Assembly: GCF_009914755.1 (NCBI RefSeq)
Contig: NC_060936.1
Strand: one strand, 5' to 3'
Source: the human T2T-CHM13v2.0 reference genome, Homo sapiens
Length of the DNA: 64,000 bases
Under the pieces are notes generated by a model. It saw only the letters and a list, made by a program, of their open reading frames with translations. It searched no databases and had not been told where the DNA came from. Positions 1-19,142 of this stretch are shown here, piece after piece; positions within the stretch are counted from its first letter, which is position 1; every line of letters starts with the position of its first letter. The position numbers and the translations under genes were made by a program.

Positions 1-1164
1 CTTAGGTTTGGAGCTGGCACAATGTTCCATCTACTGTATTTTGTGAACTTAAGGCAAGTGGAAAGGTCAGCTGAGATTCAAAAAGTGGAGAAATATACTC
101 CCCCCAACCGACACAGTACAGAGATATATTGAAAATAACTACACAATGTATATATAATATCAAATTATCATGTTGTATGCTTTGAGTACATAGAATATCA
201 ATTAAATATTACAAACTGAAAAAAGGGAAATGATGTGCACATGGGGAGAAGAATTGGTATAATCAACCCATTATACCAGTCCACACCACTAGACAATAGA
301 GTCCACACTGGCATCGAAGCTTGGAGACACTTATGGGGTCCACACAGGGCTGGAAGAGCCCATATCAGCCCTTTACAGCCTTGGAAGCCAGTACTATGTC
401 CATGGGGACTGAGGTGCTGTCATAACCCCACAGAAGCAGAGGGCCCCATGAACTCCTTAGCTAGCTTTCTACTGAAGGCCATTTAGGTTGTTCCCAGTGT
501 TTCATCACGACAGTAAGCTCTGCAAGAAATACCCTTATGCCTTTATCTGTTGTGCAAATGCACGGGTCCAACTGTAGGATAAATTACCTCATGTACTTTG
601 AAGAGTCAAGTCTTGCCTTTTTTTCTGGCGAGCTATCTAAGTATCTGCATGCAGGCTCCGTACAGGAGCGGAGCTCCTTGCAGCTGGCTTCTGGAGGCTC
701 ATTCGTCATCGGTGGCAGCAGTGTCTGTGGCCGGCAGCCACCTTCTGCACTGAATTCATTCGCTCGCCACACCTCTGCAGTATTCAGCACTGGTCTTCCC
801 AACAGCATTCTACTGAGTGTGACTCTCATCTCACTCTGCCACGCACACACACAGCAGAGGGCTGCTTTAAATCCAATCGCCGCTGAATGGTTCAGGAACA
901 CAGAATCCTGCAGGTCAGCATTATTATTTAAAGAGAAGATTCTTTGCCCATCACTGACCTTGAGAGCTTGCCCAGTGCATGAAGAGGAGTGCCAAATACT
1001 AAGAGGAGAACCATTGATCGGGACTGGAAGGAGGAAGGATGACAGAGAGTCGTAAATGCTTATTAATGGCTTGGGAAGGGACCAAGGCTGGGATTTCCAG
1101 CTTGAAGATAAAAGGACAGAGAGTGAAGTTAAAGAATTGGAATATAAAATTTTAGCATTGGAAG

Positions 1165-1660
1165 GCCAGTTCCCAAACCTGGCTGTACATCAGAATCAAC
1201 TGGGGGAAGCCTTTACAAATACAAACTCCTAGGCCCTGCCCCTGATCAATCAACCGCAAATTCCTCAGAGAGGGGGGGGGTGCTTTTCTATCTAGATTTT
1301 GTAAAAGCTCTCCAAGTAGGTTTCAGGAACCACTGACCTAGCCCAGCGCTGTAATCCACCCCTCAGCATCCGTGAAGGACTAACCTGGTGATATTTACAG
1401 CTGCGATAATTCCTGGTTACTGAGCGCTTCCTATAGCCAGCCAATGTGCACCATTTCCTCACCCCCCCTCACAACTCTATGATGTTTGAACAACTATCAT
1501 CCCATTTCACATATGAAATAATTGAGGATTAGAGTGAAGTAAACAAGGGAATAGTCATTAAGGAATAGAGAGTCAGTAAACTTCCTCAGCTAGGAATTAG
1601 CGGAGCATAGATTCCAACCAGCGACTGTCCACCCTCAAAACCTCCACCATTTAAACCTTC
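1165..1660. mobile_element. MER5A-like remnant (1165-1335) followed by MIR (1420-1660)
   Basis: cagttcccaaacctggctgtacatcagaatca...gaaccactg; tatcatcccatttcacatatgaaataattgagg. Confidence 0.6.
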
Positions 1661-3185
1661 ATTGCATCTTCTGTACCATGGGGTTAACACCAGCAGCAAG
1701 CTCAAATCCGTGTCCCTATGACCCCAAAGCTCCTGCTCTGAACCCACTGGCTTTGCTGCAGCAATGGGGAATATACTTTTGCCCATCAGAGATGATGCCC
1801 ACTGACTTTTCTTACAACTTCTCTATGTTCTAGGTCCCCCGTCCCTAGAGAACCCAAGAAACAGAGTATATATATATATATGTTAAATATGTGTGTTATT
1901 TATGCATATAAGTATAGGTGTACGTGTATGCATTATGTACATGTGAGTTTTCTATGTATATATACATGAGTGTAGATACACATATAACAATGTACATGCA
2001 TGTATAATGTATATGTGTGGTATGTTACATAAACATAAGTACATGTATGTGTGCCTGTATTATGCACATGTATGCTTTATATGTGTGCTGTGTGTATGTG
2101 TGTTAAACACATGTGCATATATAATTATCGCCACATATATCCAGCTGAGATAACCTGAATCCAGGCCTCTCTGCCCTGCCTCTTGTTGATCCCGTGAGAG
2201 GGGCATTTACAGTGGTCTGTCAGGACCTGTGACAGACTGCTGTTTGTTTCCAGAGCCTATGACTTCTCCCCGCCATTTAGTAAAAAGATCCCCTGTGCTT
2301 TAGCCAGGCCCATGCTGCTCAGCTGGAGGCACCTCCCTGCCTCCCCTCCAGCTGGAGTGACCTGGGGACAAGTTCGTGCTAATGAAGCAGAGGGAGTTGC
2401 CTGGCGTAGGCCAGGTCCTAAAGGAGCTTGCTCAGCCACCACTGCCTTTTATTTCCTCCTTTCTCCCTGCGGGTTGGAATGAGGGCACTGAGGTTGTGAC
2501 ACAGTTTTGTCCCAACGGCAGGGGTGACTGGCTCTGGTGGGTGGAGGGGGTGACCAGCTCTGATGGGTGGAGGCCAGGGGTGCTGCTACACACCGTATGA
2601 TGCACAGGACAGTCCCCCCACAGAGGATCATCCACCCCAAAATGCCAGCAGTGCTGGGGTGGAGCAAGGCTGTAGATGAGGGCAATTCTTGGAGGAGCAT
2701 CTCGGTAGAAGGAAGTGCATCCCTAGGTGAGCTCGTTGAGTCAGAGGCAGAGCCTCCCCTGGCCATGGACCATTCCTTTCTAAACTAGCACTTGAAATAA
2801 ATGTCTCAATTTTCTTTTCCCTAGAAGCCTGCCTTGTACCCTATCTGATATGGGGCCTTATCAAAATGTAGGGCATCAGAGATTCCCCAGCTGACTGTGG
2901 CCTGGATGTCACACTGGGACAACAGACGTCCTTTTCTTATCAGGCAGCATCTGAGAGGAAGACCAGTTTTATCAGATAGGATGTTTAGTTGTAAGCAAGA
3001 AATGGACCTCATTACTAAAGTAAAATACGATTTACTGGAAGGCCACTGGGAACTCGCAGAATCAACAGGGAGTTGAGAAATAGACAGGGAACAGGGTGGC
3101 TTTGGAGGCTGGAAGACAGACACTGTGGAATGATCCCAAGCAGGAACAACTGGGCAAGTGGCTCCTGGTGGGATGGGTGCATTCT

Positions 3186-9384
<6,199 letters not shown>

Positions 9385-9648
9385 GGGATGGGTGCATTCT
9401 ATCTGCTGCTTTGTCTCTGGGTCATTTGTTTGGGAGTCCCTAGCCCACAAAAGAGCATCTGCCTGGTTCCCCTGGATCAGGCTGCACTCACCTGCTGGCT
9501 GGACACCCAGTGCTGGCAGGAAGGCCCCAACCCTTTAACTTTGGTGGCAAAACTCAGCCCCTGGCCTTTACTGTTCTATCAAGAATGTGCTCAAGAAGGG
9601 CAGGTGATGCCCCAGGGAATTTGTGAAGGTAATAGAAAAGGGGTTTGG

Positions 9649-9733
9649 CCTGCACGTTGTGCACATGTACCCTTAAACTTAAAATATAATAATGATAAAA
9701 TTAAAAAAAATGAAGGAATAAACTAGAAAAAAA
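9649..9733 (+). mobile_element. Extremely 5'-truncated L1PA insertion (~40 nt of 3'UTR + A-rich tail)
   Basis: cctgcacgttgtgcacatgtacccttaaacttaaaatataataat; 15-bp TSD agaaaaggggtttgg at 9634-9648 and 9734-9748. Confidence 0.85.
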
Positions 9734-12700
9734 AGAAAAGGGGTTTGGAAGCTATTGTGCTGTACCCAATAATTGCTGGTTATCCAAAACATGTAGCTTT
9801 GCCACTTCCTAGCCATGTGACTCTGACAAAATTCCTTTGACATTTGGAGCCTGAAGATCAAGACTAGAATCTTTAATGGACTAGAATCTCCAGTGATTCA
9901 TATTCTCCAACATAAAGTTACTGAAATCTTCCCAAGCAGGTGTATGATATGACTAATAGCTGCTCGTAGAAGATTATCCTCCTTGCCAAGATCTATATAT
10001 TGACACTTAGAGCTCAGGCTATTTGTCTGTCCAATTATATATCAACAAATGGAAAATTTTAAATGCACATATTGATTATGTATCAGTTATTTGAGGAGCA
10101 GCAAGACAGATGGGGAATTATTTTCAAAACCTCCGTATACTTTAAAGCATCTCAAAAGTAGGGAAGAAGCAGGGATTTGCTAGGCCATGGACCCAGATGA
10201 TTTTTTGTTGTTGTTGTTAACCATAGTTATTTTCAAATACCTAAGGGACAACAGTGAGTTTTGCATATTCCTTGAGGCTCTTTAAAACTGGGAGAACTTA
10301 GATTTTGTTTATTTATCAAAGGAGAAAAATATAATTTGGGAAGTCATCTCACTTACTGGTGCCTGAGCTCTGCGCCAGGGTCCCTCCAGGCTCAGTGACT
10401 ATCTTCCCCATGGTAAATCATAGGTGACAGTCATGGCTGGGAGAATGCCCCTTGGGAATGGACAGAACCACCCCAAGAGAGCAGCAAAGTCTACCTCATG
10501 TGGTGTCTGAAGACACTGCAGGTGCCAGGGCAGGAGGATGATAGGAAGGAATCTCCTGCCCCTTAAGGACGGGGGGGCCCAGAAAACCCACCCTGAAGGT
10601 GGACAGGGATGGTTCTTTTTCATGGAACAATGGAAATTTTGAAAAGGGAAATTATGCACTGAGATATTTAGCTTAATCTGGTGACTTGAGAGATATTCTT
10701 GGTTTACATCTTCCTGAAATGATAGGGATAGAAGAAGGCGCTGGTGATTTTGTCTTCTAGGGACCTGCTAGGAAGGACAAAAATCTCTATTTTCATTGGC
10801 GTTCATCTCTTTTCTGGGGTGTAGCCTTCACTACCCTTCTTGAGGTTGGAAGACCACGATCTGTTTTGTTACAAGGCCTGGAGTTCAAGAGAAGGCTGGC
10901 TTGAGGCCTTGGGCTTAAGTAACTCCAGCTTCTCTGCAGACCCACCAGGCTAGGGGGAGGCCAACGGCTGGCCAAGGTAGAGTTGGCTCCTAGCCAGACG
11001 ATGCCACATAACACAGTCTCAGGGACCCTTGTGTCCAATTCAAGATGGTCACCTCTGCTGAGTGTTTGTTTGAACAGCTCTTCCTGCATGCATGCCAAGA
11101 AGAGGCTGCTGCTTGGTGGAGGTCTTGTGGCTGCCCCTGTAAGGTCACTCCAGCCACCTTACTGAGGTGGCCCGGACTTCTGGTGGGATGGGGCTCACCT
11201 GCTCTAGCAAAGGCTTGGCACAGGGAAGCAGCGGGCACAGACTGAAGCCATGGGGCTGAACTGGGGTCATGGAAGTGGAAGTTGGGGAGTAAAAAAAGCT
11301 TTGGACATACAGATGAGAAAGGGTGTGTCTTAAGTAGCAGCAGTAACCGCCAACAAAAGCACAGGAATTGGGGTCCACAGAGGCATGCTCAGGCAGAGCC
11401 ACCGGTATGTTGTGAAAAGCTGGGGGGTCCACGCAGACCTTTACCAGCTGCAAGGCCTTTTCAAGGGGTGCACAGTCCAAGTGACATTCTCTGCACGCTA
11501 TAGTGATGAACTGGAGGCTCAGGGACAAGAGTGGCTTGTGTTTGTTTCCTGGCTGTATTACGGAATCAACTCTTAACATCATAAAACACTTCAAAAACGA
11601 ACGGGGAGCACAGGAGCCGTTGGGCAGCCTCCACTTTTCTTTGAGCAGCAGAGGCCACGCTGAGGTTTGAGCTTGGAAGGCAGCTCACATCTGCCACTCT
11701 CAGAAGGAGAGGCAGCTGGCACGGAGCTCAGGCCTGCTGTTTCCTGACATTAAGCTGCTTGCAGTGTCCAAGGAAGCTGTGGGGAGGCACAAGGACGTGC
11801 AACCCAGAAGAGCCTGACTCTTTGGAGCTGGGTCAGTACCTCCCACACTAATGCACATCTGCATGGAGCAGAGAAGGAGGGCAGGCAGGGCAGCTGGAGG
11901 ACTGACCAGCACAGGGGCCTTCTAGGGAAAGCCAGGCTTCTGGGCAGCATCACTGCAGACAGAGCAAAGCAGACAGTCAGCGGACTAATGAGCTCACACC
12001 CGCCACGAGCACAAGGAGCAAGGCAGGCAACTGTCGCTTTCCTGCAGCTGCTAATAAAAATCACAATGAGGCCTCGGGAGGCCTCTTCACGCTCAGGATG
12101 ATGCATCTGTTCTGCTCCTTCAGGCCAAGACTTCTTGGGCGCCCAGGTCAGGCAGAACCTTAAAAGGGAAAAGTAACCAAGTTTGGCCTGAATCCAACCC
12201 TCGCCTTTCCCACCAAGTTCCCGCTTCCACATGAAGATGTGCTTGTTGGAATGCAGCTACTCACTAAGCCGAGCAGCATCTGATAAATTAATAAGTCTTG
12301 TATTCATCAGGTCAGGGGGCGGGCTGCTACAGTAATAAACAACCCAACATACCAGTGGTATTGCAGAACAAGGGTCTGTTTCTTGCTGAAAAGAGTCTGA
12401 TGTGGACGAGGTGCTCTCCAGATTCCCTCATGTGATGCCACGTGTCAACGTGCACATGGAGAGCTCACACTGGCTCTTACCTGTTGTCATTGGAAGTGAC
12501 AGCTCTCATTACTGTTCATGGCTGTTCCCAAGAATTGGCTGCGTGCCCCCACCTGAACTGCAAGGCAGCTGGGAAATGCACTGGGCAATACTGTCTGTGC
12601 CTCAACTCCCAAGCCCAAACATGTATCAAGTATTGGAGGGGCTATAGAGGAAGAAGAGACCCCTCCCTTTTCTTGGAAACATGAACCAGCCAGGAAAATG

Positions 12701-13149
12701 TCTACTTACCAGTAGACTGGAGTTATCAACTGTATGGAATATGACTGGCTGAAACCTGGTTAAGGGGAAGGCTTCCATTAAGTAAGCTTAATCTGAGGAG
12801 GAAGGGCTGTTTCTTTTAAACCGTGCTTCATTCACACAGGGCTAGGCCTAGAAAGAAAGCCAGCAAGGTTGCTATAGAAAGAGATGACAAGAGGTTTTAT
12901 TTTCTATGTGTCTCTTGAGGGAAGAAATTGCATCTAATTTATTTTTGTCTCCCCTGAAATGACCAGTACAGAGATGATGAAGGCTTGTCTTTGGCCCAGT
13001 GAAAGACGCTAGTGTCACGTCCATATAGCAGAGCAATTGGATTATATAAAATCAATCCTCAGGCAGCATTCAGTCTCCTGGTTCTCACTAGGTGGCTAAC
13101 TTAAATTTATCAGATTGTGCTTTCATCACTCATGCTCTGTAAACCATTT

Positions 13150-13420
13150 ATTATCTATCTGTCCATCCATCCATCCGTCCACCATCATCCACATCTATCT
13201 GTCCATCTAATCAAACTTCATCCATCCGTGCATCCATCCATCCATCCAACCACCCACCATTCATCTATTCATCTAGTGAACTTTCATCCATCCATTTATC
13301 CATCCACCATCCAACCATCCAGCCATCTACCATCCATTTATCTAATGAGCCTTCATCCATTCATCCATCCATCTACCCATCCACCAATCCACCATCATCT
13401 AGCCATGCAACCATTCATCC
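13150..13420. repeat. (CATC)n simple repeat at the tail of an L2 remnant
   Basis: ccatccatcc runs, followed by aatgtttattga. Confidence 0.9.
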
Positions 13421-13785
13421 AAAAAATGTTTATTGATTGCTGACTCTTTGTAGGCATGACTCTAGTCATAGGGTATATAGCAGGGAACAGATTCAACTAT
13501 CTCCTTACTCCTCTGGAACTCACATTCTACTAGGGAAGACACACAATAAGCTAAAAGCAAACAGAACAATTTTAGGGCGCTTTAAACGCTATGAACTATA
13601 TAAGATGATCAGAGTGGAAGAAAGTGGCATGGGAGGGGTGAGGCTGCTCTGATGTGTTCTCTTAGGAATAGAAGTATGAGCCGAGACATGCATGATGGGG
13701 AGGGGTGAGACCTTGAGAATCTGGGGGAATAGAGTTCCATAAAGAAGCAGTATGGGCAAAGGCCTTGAGGTGGGAGTACGCTTCT

Positions 13786-14102
13786 TTCTTTTTATTTTCT
13801 TTTTTTTTTTTCTTTTTCTTGAGATGGAGTATCACTCTGTTGCCCAGGCTAGACTGCAGTGGCTCGATTTTGGCTCACTGAAACCTCCGCCTCCCAGGTT
13901 CAATCGACTCTCCTGCCTCAGCCTCCCAGGTAGCTGGGATTATAGGTGCCCACCACCACGCCAGGCTAATTTTTGTATTTTTAGTAGAGACGGGGTTTCG
14001 CCACGTTGGCTAGGCTGGTCTCGAACTCCTGACCTCAGATGAGCCGCCCACCTCGGCCTCCCAAAGTGCTGGGATTACAGGCGTGAGCCACTGCGCCCAG
14101 CC
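13786..14102 (-). mobile_element. AluS inside an L2 remnant
   Basis: Alu dimer with T-tail on the + strand. Confidence 0.92.
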
Positions 14103-15429
14103 GCGAGTGCACTTCTTTTGACAGAGGAATAGACAGAAGGAAACCGGTGGGGTTGGAGCGCAGTGAGCGAGTGGGCGGGTGGTGGGCGTGAGGGTGGGTG
14201 GCAGGCACCTCTGCATCACATAAGACCTTTTGGTCATATGATGGAGTCCAGACTTTATTCCAGGAATTATGGGCCTCTACTGGAGGGTTTTAAGCCAGGA
14301 GTGACATGATTTAAATCATGTTTTTTAAAGGTCACTCTGTTAATTTTCATTTAGAAAACATTGACTGCCTACTTAGAAGATACACCCAGGAGCCTCGCAA
14401 TGCTCTGCCTGCAGGGGGAACAAAGAAGAGCCTGGCGGAAGCTTTTAAAGTCATAAGACAATCATCGGCCACCGGACTCCGAGTCCATTAGCATAATTGG
14501 TGAGTCAGGCTCGATTCAACATCAGGAAAAACAGCTTTGAAAAATTCAAGGTCTGGCTGTCCAAAAAAGAACAGCTACACAGAGTGCTGGCCCTGATGGG
14601 GCGCTCACGGGGACTCGGCCAGACAGGACGGGGTCTCTGCAGTGGCCCCACAGAGGTTTTCTGTGAAGGGGCTGACTCCCACTCTTCACCACGGCCCAGC
14701 ATTCTCTGGGGTCCGTTAATACTGGCTCAGGAGTCTTCTTGAATGTCTAGAAAGCAAAACTCGTGGGAATGGAATCTGGGAGCACAGAAGCCAGGAGGAG
14801 GCAATGAAAGGGCGTCCTGGGGTGCATTGCTTTGCAAGAACAGCATACATCTCCCCAGTTAATGGCAAAATGTCTCCATGCTGCCTTTGGAACCTCTCCT
14901 CTGAGTCTCTATGCTGTGGTTTAGATGAGGACTTGCTCCTCATTCTCCAGGTGCCAGGGCTGGGGCGAGGTACTTGTGACCAGGCCTGGGCCATTCCGTC
15001 AACAGATCTATGTTTAGCCAGTGACTCACGCCGGCCAATAGGAGGCAACGGAGGACTTTTTCTGAACATGCTGGGAGTTAACTGTCTTTGCTCTGCAACT
15101 GTTACCTGCACAACTTTAATAACAAGTCTAGAGCTTCCGGAGGCTGCTACGTAGAATGGGCTGTCCGAGAATGAAGACAAATAGGCAAATATAGAGGAAA
15201 ACAGAGAGAGGAGAAGAGACAGGGAGCCCCTGGGCCAACCATCCGGGATGGATGTTGGATGCACTGCTGCTTGTTCCATCCTAGAAAGTAACACATCCTC
15301 TTCCTCACTCCTGCTATTTTTCCCTTAAGCCCACTTTATTTTTTCAATCACTTGCAATAAAAGGATTCTCTTTAAAGCAAACAGGAAGACAGAACTTCTT
15401 CTCTGCCATGGGGACTTCTTTTTCCCTGG

Positions 15430-15879
15430 AGTGGATGGGAATGTGCCCCCCAGGAAGATATGTTGAAGTCTTACCCCTTAATCCCTGTGAATGTGACCTT
15501 ATCTGGAAATAGGGTCTTTGCAGATGTAATCAAGGTAAGATGAGGTCATATGAATTAGGGTATATCCAAAATCCAGCGACTGAATGTCTTAAGAAAACTT
15601 GGACACAAAGACTCGCAGGGAGAGGACCGTGCGATGACAGAGGCAGGGGGTAGAGTGATGTATCCACCAGCCAGGAGACCCCAGATTGTCGCGAGCCACC
15701 GGAAGCTGGAAGAGGAGGCATGGGGCTGATTTGGCCTCATAACACCTGGAAGGAACCACCTCTGCCGACACCTCGACTTTGGACTTTCTGCCTTCAGAAT
15801 GGTGAGAGAATAAATTTCGGTTGCTGTGAGCAGCCCTCTTTGCAGTGATTTGTTATGACGGCCCCAGGAAACCAATACA
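15430..15879 (+). mobile_element. MLT1 (MaLR) LTR
   Basis: gaatgtgaccttatctggaaatagggtctttgcagatgtaat ... ccaggaaaccaataca. Confidence 0.8.
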
Positions 15880-16547
15880 TCTCCCAAAACACATGCAGCC
15901 TTTGTACCCAGGACAGACCCTGCATTCTCCTCTCTCTGACTTTCTGATGAACAGATCAGCATGTTTTCCCATATACTCATATCGTTTGGGGTCAGATGTG
16001 GGGAAGGCGTGTCACAGTGTGCTTGAGAAGAAGGACCTGTTGGCCAGGCAGAGATTCCTCCGATCCAAGTCACTACTGCATCGGGCCTCTGGCCTGTCGC
16101 CCTTCTCGCCTCTGCCTCCCCTCTCCACCCCCTGGATCAGTCATCCACAGTAATCACTGGCTCAGAGGATGCCAGTCTCCACTGGGGGACACCCCGGACT
16201 CATCCGTCTTCCTGCCAGAGCATCATTTGCTGCTGCAAGGGCAAAACAAAGGGGGGCAAGGAGCTAATGACTGCACCTTGGGAAGCGCCAGTTGGGTAAT
16301 TAATTCACAGTTCTGAGCTTTCCCAGAAGGAAAAAGATAAATTGTTCACTTGCACTCCCAGGGTGTCCTAGCAGAGACTCATTTGTAAAACGGGTGTGAA
16401 ACCGAGGGTAGGGCGAGGCTCTGAGGGATGAGATGCATTCCTGGAAGGCCAGTGGGCCCCACCAGCCCAGTGCCAGGGCAGTCACAACTGGCTGCCCTCG
16501 GCTTGTGCACAGGCTTAGCTGCCCAGGACCTTAGGACCAGAGGCTGG

Positions 16548-17275
16548 TGTTACGGATTGAACTGTGTCTCCCCCGACCCCAAATTCATAGTGGAAATCCT
16601 AATGCCCAGTATCAGAGGACAATCTTGTATGGAAATAGGGTCATTGCAGATGTAATTAGTTGAGATGAGGTCATACTGGAGTAGAGTGGGCCCTGGCTTC
16701 CTTGGGGAAATTTGGAGCCGGGCATGGTGGCTTATCCTGTAATCCCAGCACTTTGGGAGGCCAAGGCGGGATGATTGCTTGAGGGCAGGAGTTCGAGACC
16801 AGCCTGGGCAACATAGTGAGACCCCATATTTACAAAAAATTTTAAAAATTAGCTAGGTGTGGTGGTGTGTGGCTGTAGTCCCAGCTACTTGAGAGGCTAG
16901 GGTGGGAGGATTGCTTGAGCCCAGGAGGTCGAGGCAGCAGTGAGCGTTGATCACACAACTGTATTCCAGCCTGGGTAGCAAAGTGAGATCCCTGTCTCAC
17001 AAAAAAGAAGAAATTCGGACACAGACACACACACAGGGAGTCTGTCACATGAAGACGAAGGCAGAGATCAGAGTGATGCTTCTACAAGCCAAGGACTACC
17101 AAGATGCCAGCAACCGCAGGAGCTGGGAGAGGCCTGGAGGAGTTCCCCCACAAACCCTCCGAGGGAACCAGCTCTGCCGACACGCTGAGCTCAGACTTCA
17201 GGCTTCCAGAAAAGTGAAGCAATACATTTCTGTTATTAAAGCTGCCCAGTTTGTGGTATTTAGTTAGTTATGGTA
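16548..17275 (+). mobile_element. MLT1 LTR interrupted by AluJ
   Basis: tgttacggattgaactgtgtc; ggaaatagggtcattgcagatgtaattag; cagtttgtggtattt. Confidence 0.8.
16716..17009 (+). mobile_element. AluJ inserted in an MLT1 LTR
   Basis: gaggattgcttgagcccaggagg; flanking gaaatttgga / gaaattcgga. Confidence 0.9.
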
Positions 17276-17570
17276 AAGTACCTGTAGCCGGAGTCCAGGG
17301 AGGGAACTGAGAAGCCGCGAGGGACAGGCCCCCAACGGAGATGCTGATGAGGCCGGCAGCCTTCCAGCTTCCAGCGCCATCTTCCTTGGGAGTTTGGGAA
17401 ACTCAGTGCCTCCAGGGGCCCCGCAGGTGGCGTCAAAGAGCGAACCAGCCAGGTGCAAGAGAAACCAAGCCGCATCACTTATTTATTCACACTCGAAAAG
17501 ACACCTCGTGGACATTTCAGTTAAGACTTTCCTATCAGTTCTTTCTCAGATTCTGGGCACATAGATCGCA

Positions 17571-18006
17571 TGACGGTTTGCATCATAATGGCGTCTTCAG
17601 TTGTGTTCTTTAGACATGACATTCTATATTTGCCTAGGAGACACACAGGATTTTTCTTCCCTTTTGTAAAGCAATGAGCTCTTTCTGAATGATCTTGAAA
17701 ACACACGGCTCCTTCCCTCTCTGTTTCCCCCACTTTTGGGTAGAGCTGTGACTTGGGAGAAACACTTCTGTATTAGAAGAGTGGTGAGAGGGAGCATAAA
17801 TGGAGTTGGTCAACTCTGGGTCCAGAAGACATCGTGGGTGGAGAGGACTCGAAACCTCAGTGCCACTCTGCCCCATCGAGGCCAAGTCAGATTGGAAGCC
17901 CCATTTTGCCAGTGTCTGAATTCTTAAGCGATGCTAGAAATCTAGATTTCTAAGGTGAAATCATCAAAGTTTTGAATGTTGGCTCAATTTTCTCCATTCT
18001 GCAACC
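17571..18006 (+). repeat. Copy A of an inverted duplicated segment (partner 38094-38530)
   Basis: Manual alignment to the reverse complement of 38094-38530, e.g. shared gaaatcatcaaagttttgaatgttggctcaattttctc and tgacattctatatttgcctaggagac. Confidence 0.93.
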
Positions 18007-18037
18007 AGTTTCATTGTCTTTTACAAAACTTATGACT

Positions 18038-18352
18038 GGCTGGGTTCCGTGGCTCACACCTGTAATCCCAGCACTTTGGGAGGCCGAGGTGGGAGGATTG
18101 CTTGAGCCCAGGAGTTCAAGATCAGCCTGGGCAACATAGCAAGACCCCCATATCTACAAAAAGTACAAAAATTCACTGAGTGTGGTGGCATGTTCCTGTA
18201 GTCCCAGCTACTCGGGAGGCTGAGGTTGGGAGGATCACTTGAGCACTCAGGAGGCAGAGGTTTTAGTGAGCTGAGATTGTGCCACTGCGCTCCAGCCTGG
18301 GCAACAAGACAGAGCAAGACCCTGTCTCAAAGCAAAAACAAACAAACAAAAA
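18038..18352 (+). mobile_element. AluJ
   Basis: Alu dimer; flanking aaaacttatgact / aaaacccatgact. Confidence 0.9.
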
Positions 18353-19039
18353 AACCCATGACTATCTGAAATTATTTTGTTTGCTGTTTATTCCCCCTAC
18401 CCAAATAGATATAAGTAAGGTTTTGGAGAGTGCATGTGCATTTGCTGTATGTGTGACTCTGTCTCTAGTGCTCACAGCTATTCCTGCTACAGAGTAGAGT
18501 AGCTGCTCAGTAAATACTGGCTGAATAAATGATTGACCTATCAATCACTTGCTATTGTTTGCATGAATATAAGGATTCCATGCATCTTCTTGTTTCGTAG
18601 AATTGTCTTGGGGCTGCAGTTGATAAAGGAATCTACAATCAACTTTTTAACCCAGTCCAGAGTTGTTGTATGTACACTCGAGACCCAAAGGAAGGACAGA
18701 GAATTTTCCTCACCTCAGCCCAAAAGGAGGCTGGAATGCATGCTTGCCTGCCACAGTTTCCACTTACTTACCACCATCAGTCAGCAGGCTTTTAGGAGAG
18801 AATTGCACGTGTGATTTATTTGCAAATCCTTTCAGGTCCTGGAGGAGAGATACTTGGTACACAATGCACTTTGTCATCACGTGTCAACATCCCCTCAATG
18901 CAGGGAGCAGCACTACACGATGTAAAGGTGGAACTGGATTGTGCTGGGATCCTTCAATCAGCATTTCATTTAGAGCTGCAGCATTTGCAGAGCCATTTGC
19001 AATTGATGCCAGCCCCTTGGAGGGGGTCAGCGTGTAGAA

Positions 19040-19142
19040 GACAAAGGACAGCCATAAAGCCACTGAATGCAAACTTTATATTTACAGTCAGTAAGTTTAT
19101 AAATATATATTACATTCTTACAATCTACAGTACATTCTACAC
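19040..19142 (-). terminator. Probable TMEM132D cleavage/polyadenylation region with non-canonical hexamer
   Basis: Minus strand: several UGUA motifs (19111-19141), then UGUAAAUAUAAA (AAUAUA/UAUAAA variants, 19075-19086), then a GU/U-rich tract (UGGCUUUAUGGCUGUCCUUUGUCUUC). Confidence 0.6.

Noticed and set aside
537-1055. 172-aa ORF and other 100-190 aa non-repeat ORFs (e.g. 11145-12232, 14716-15294, 43472-43990)
   Set aside because: No recognisable domain, exon structure or pseudogene hallmarks; lengths are compatible with chance in GC-moderate DNA.
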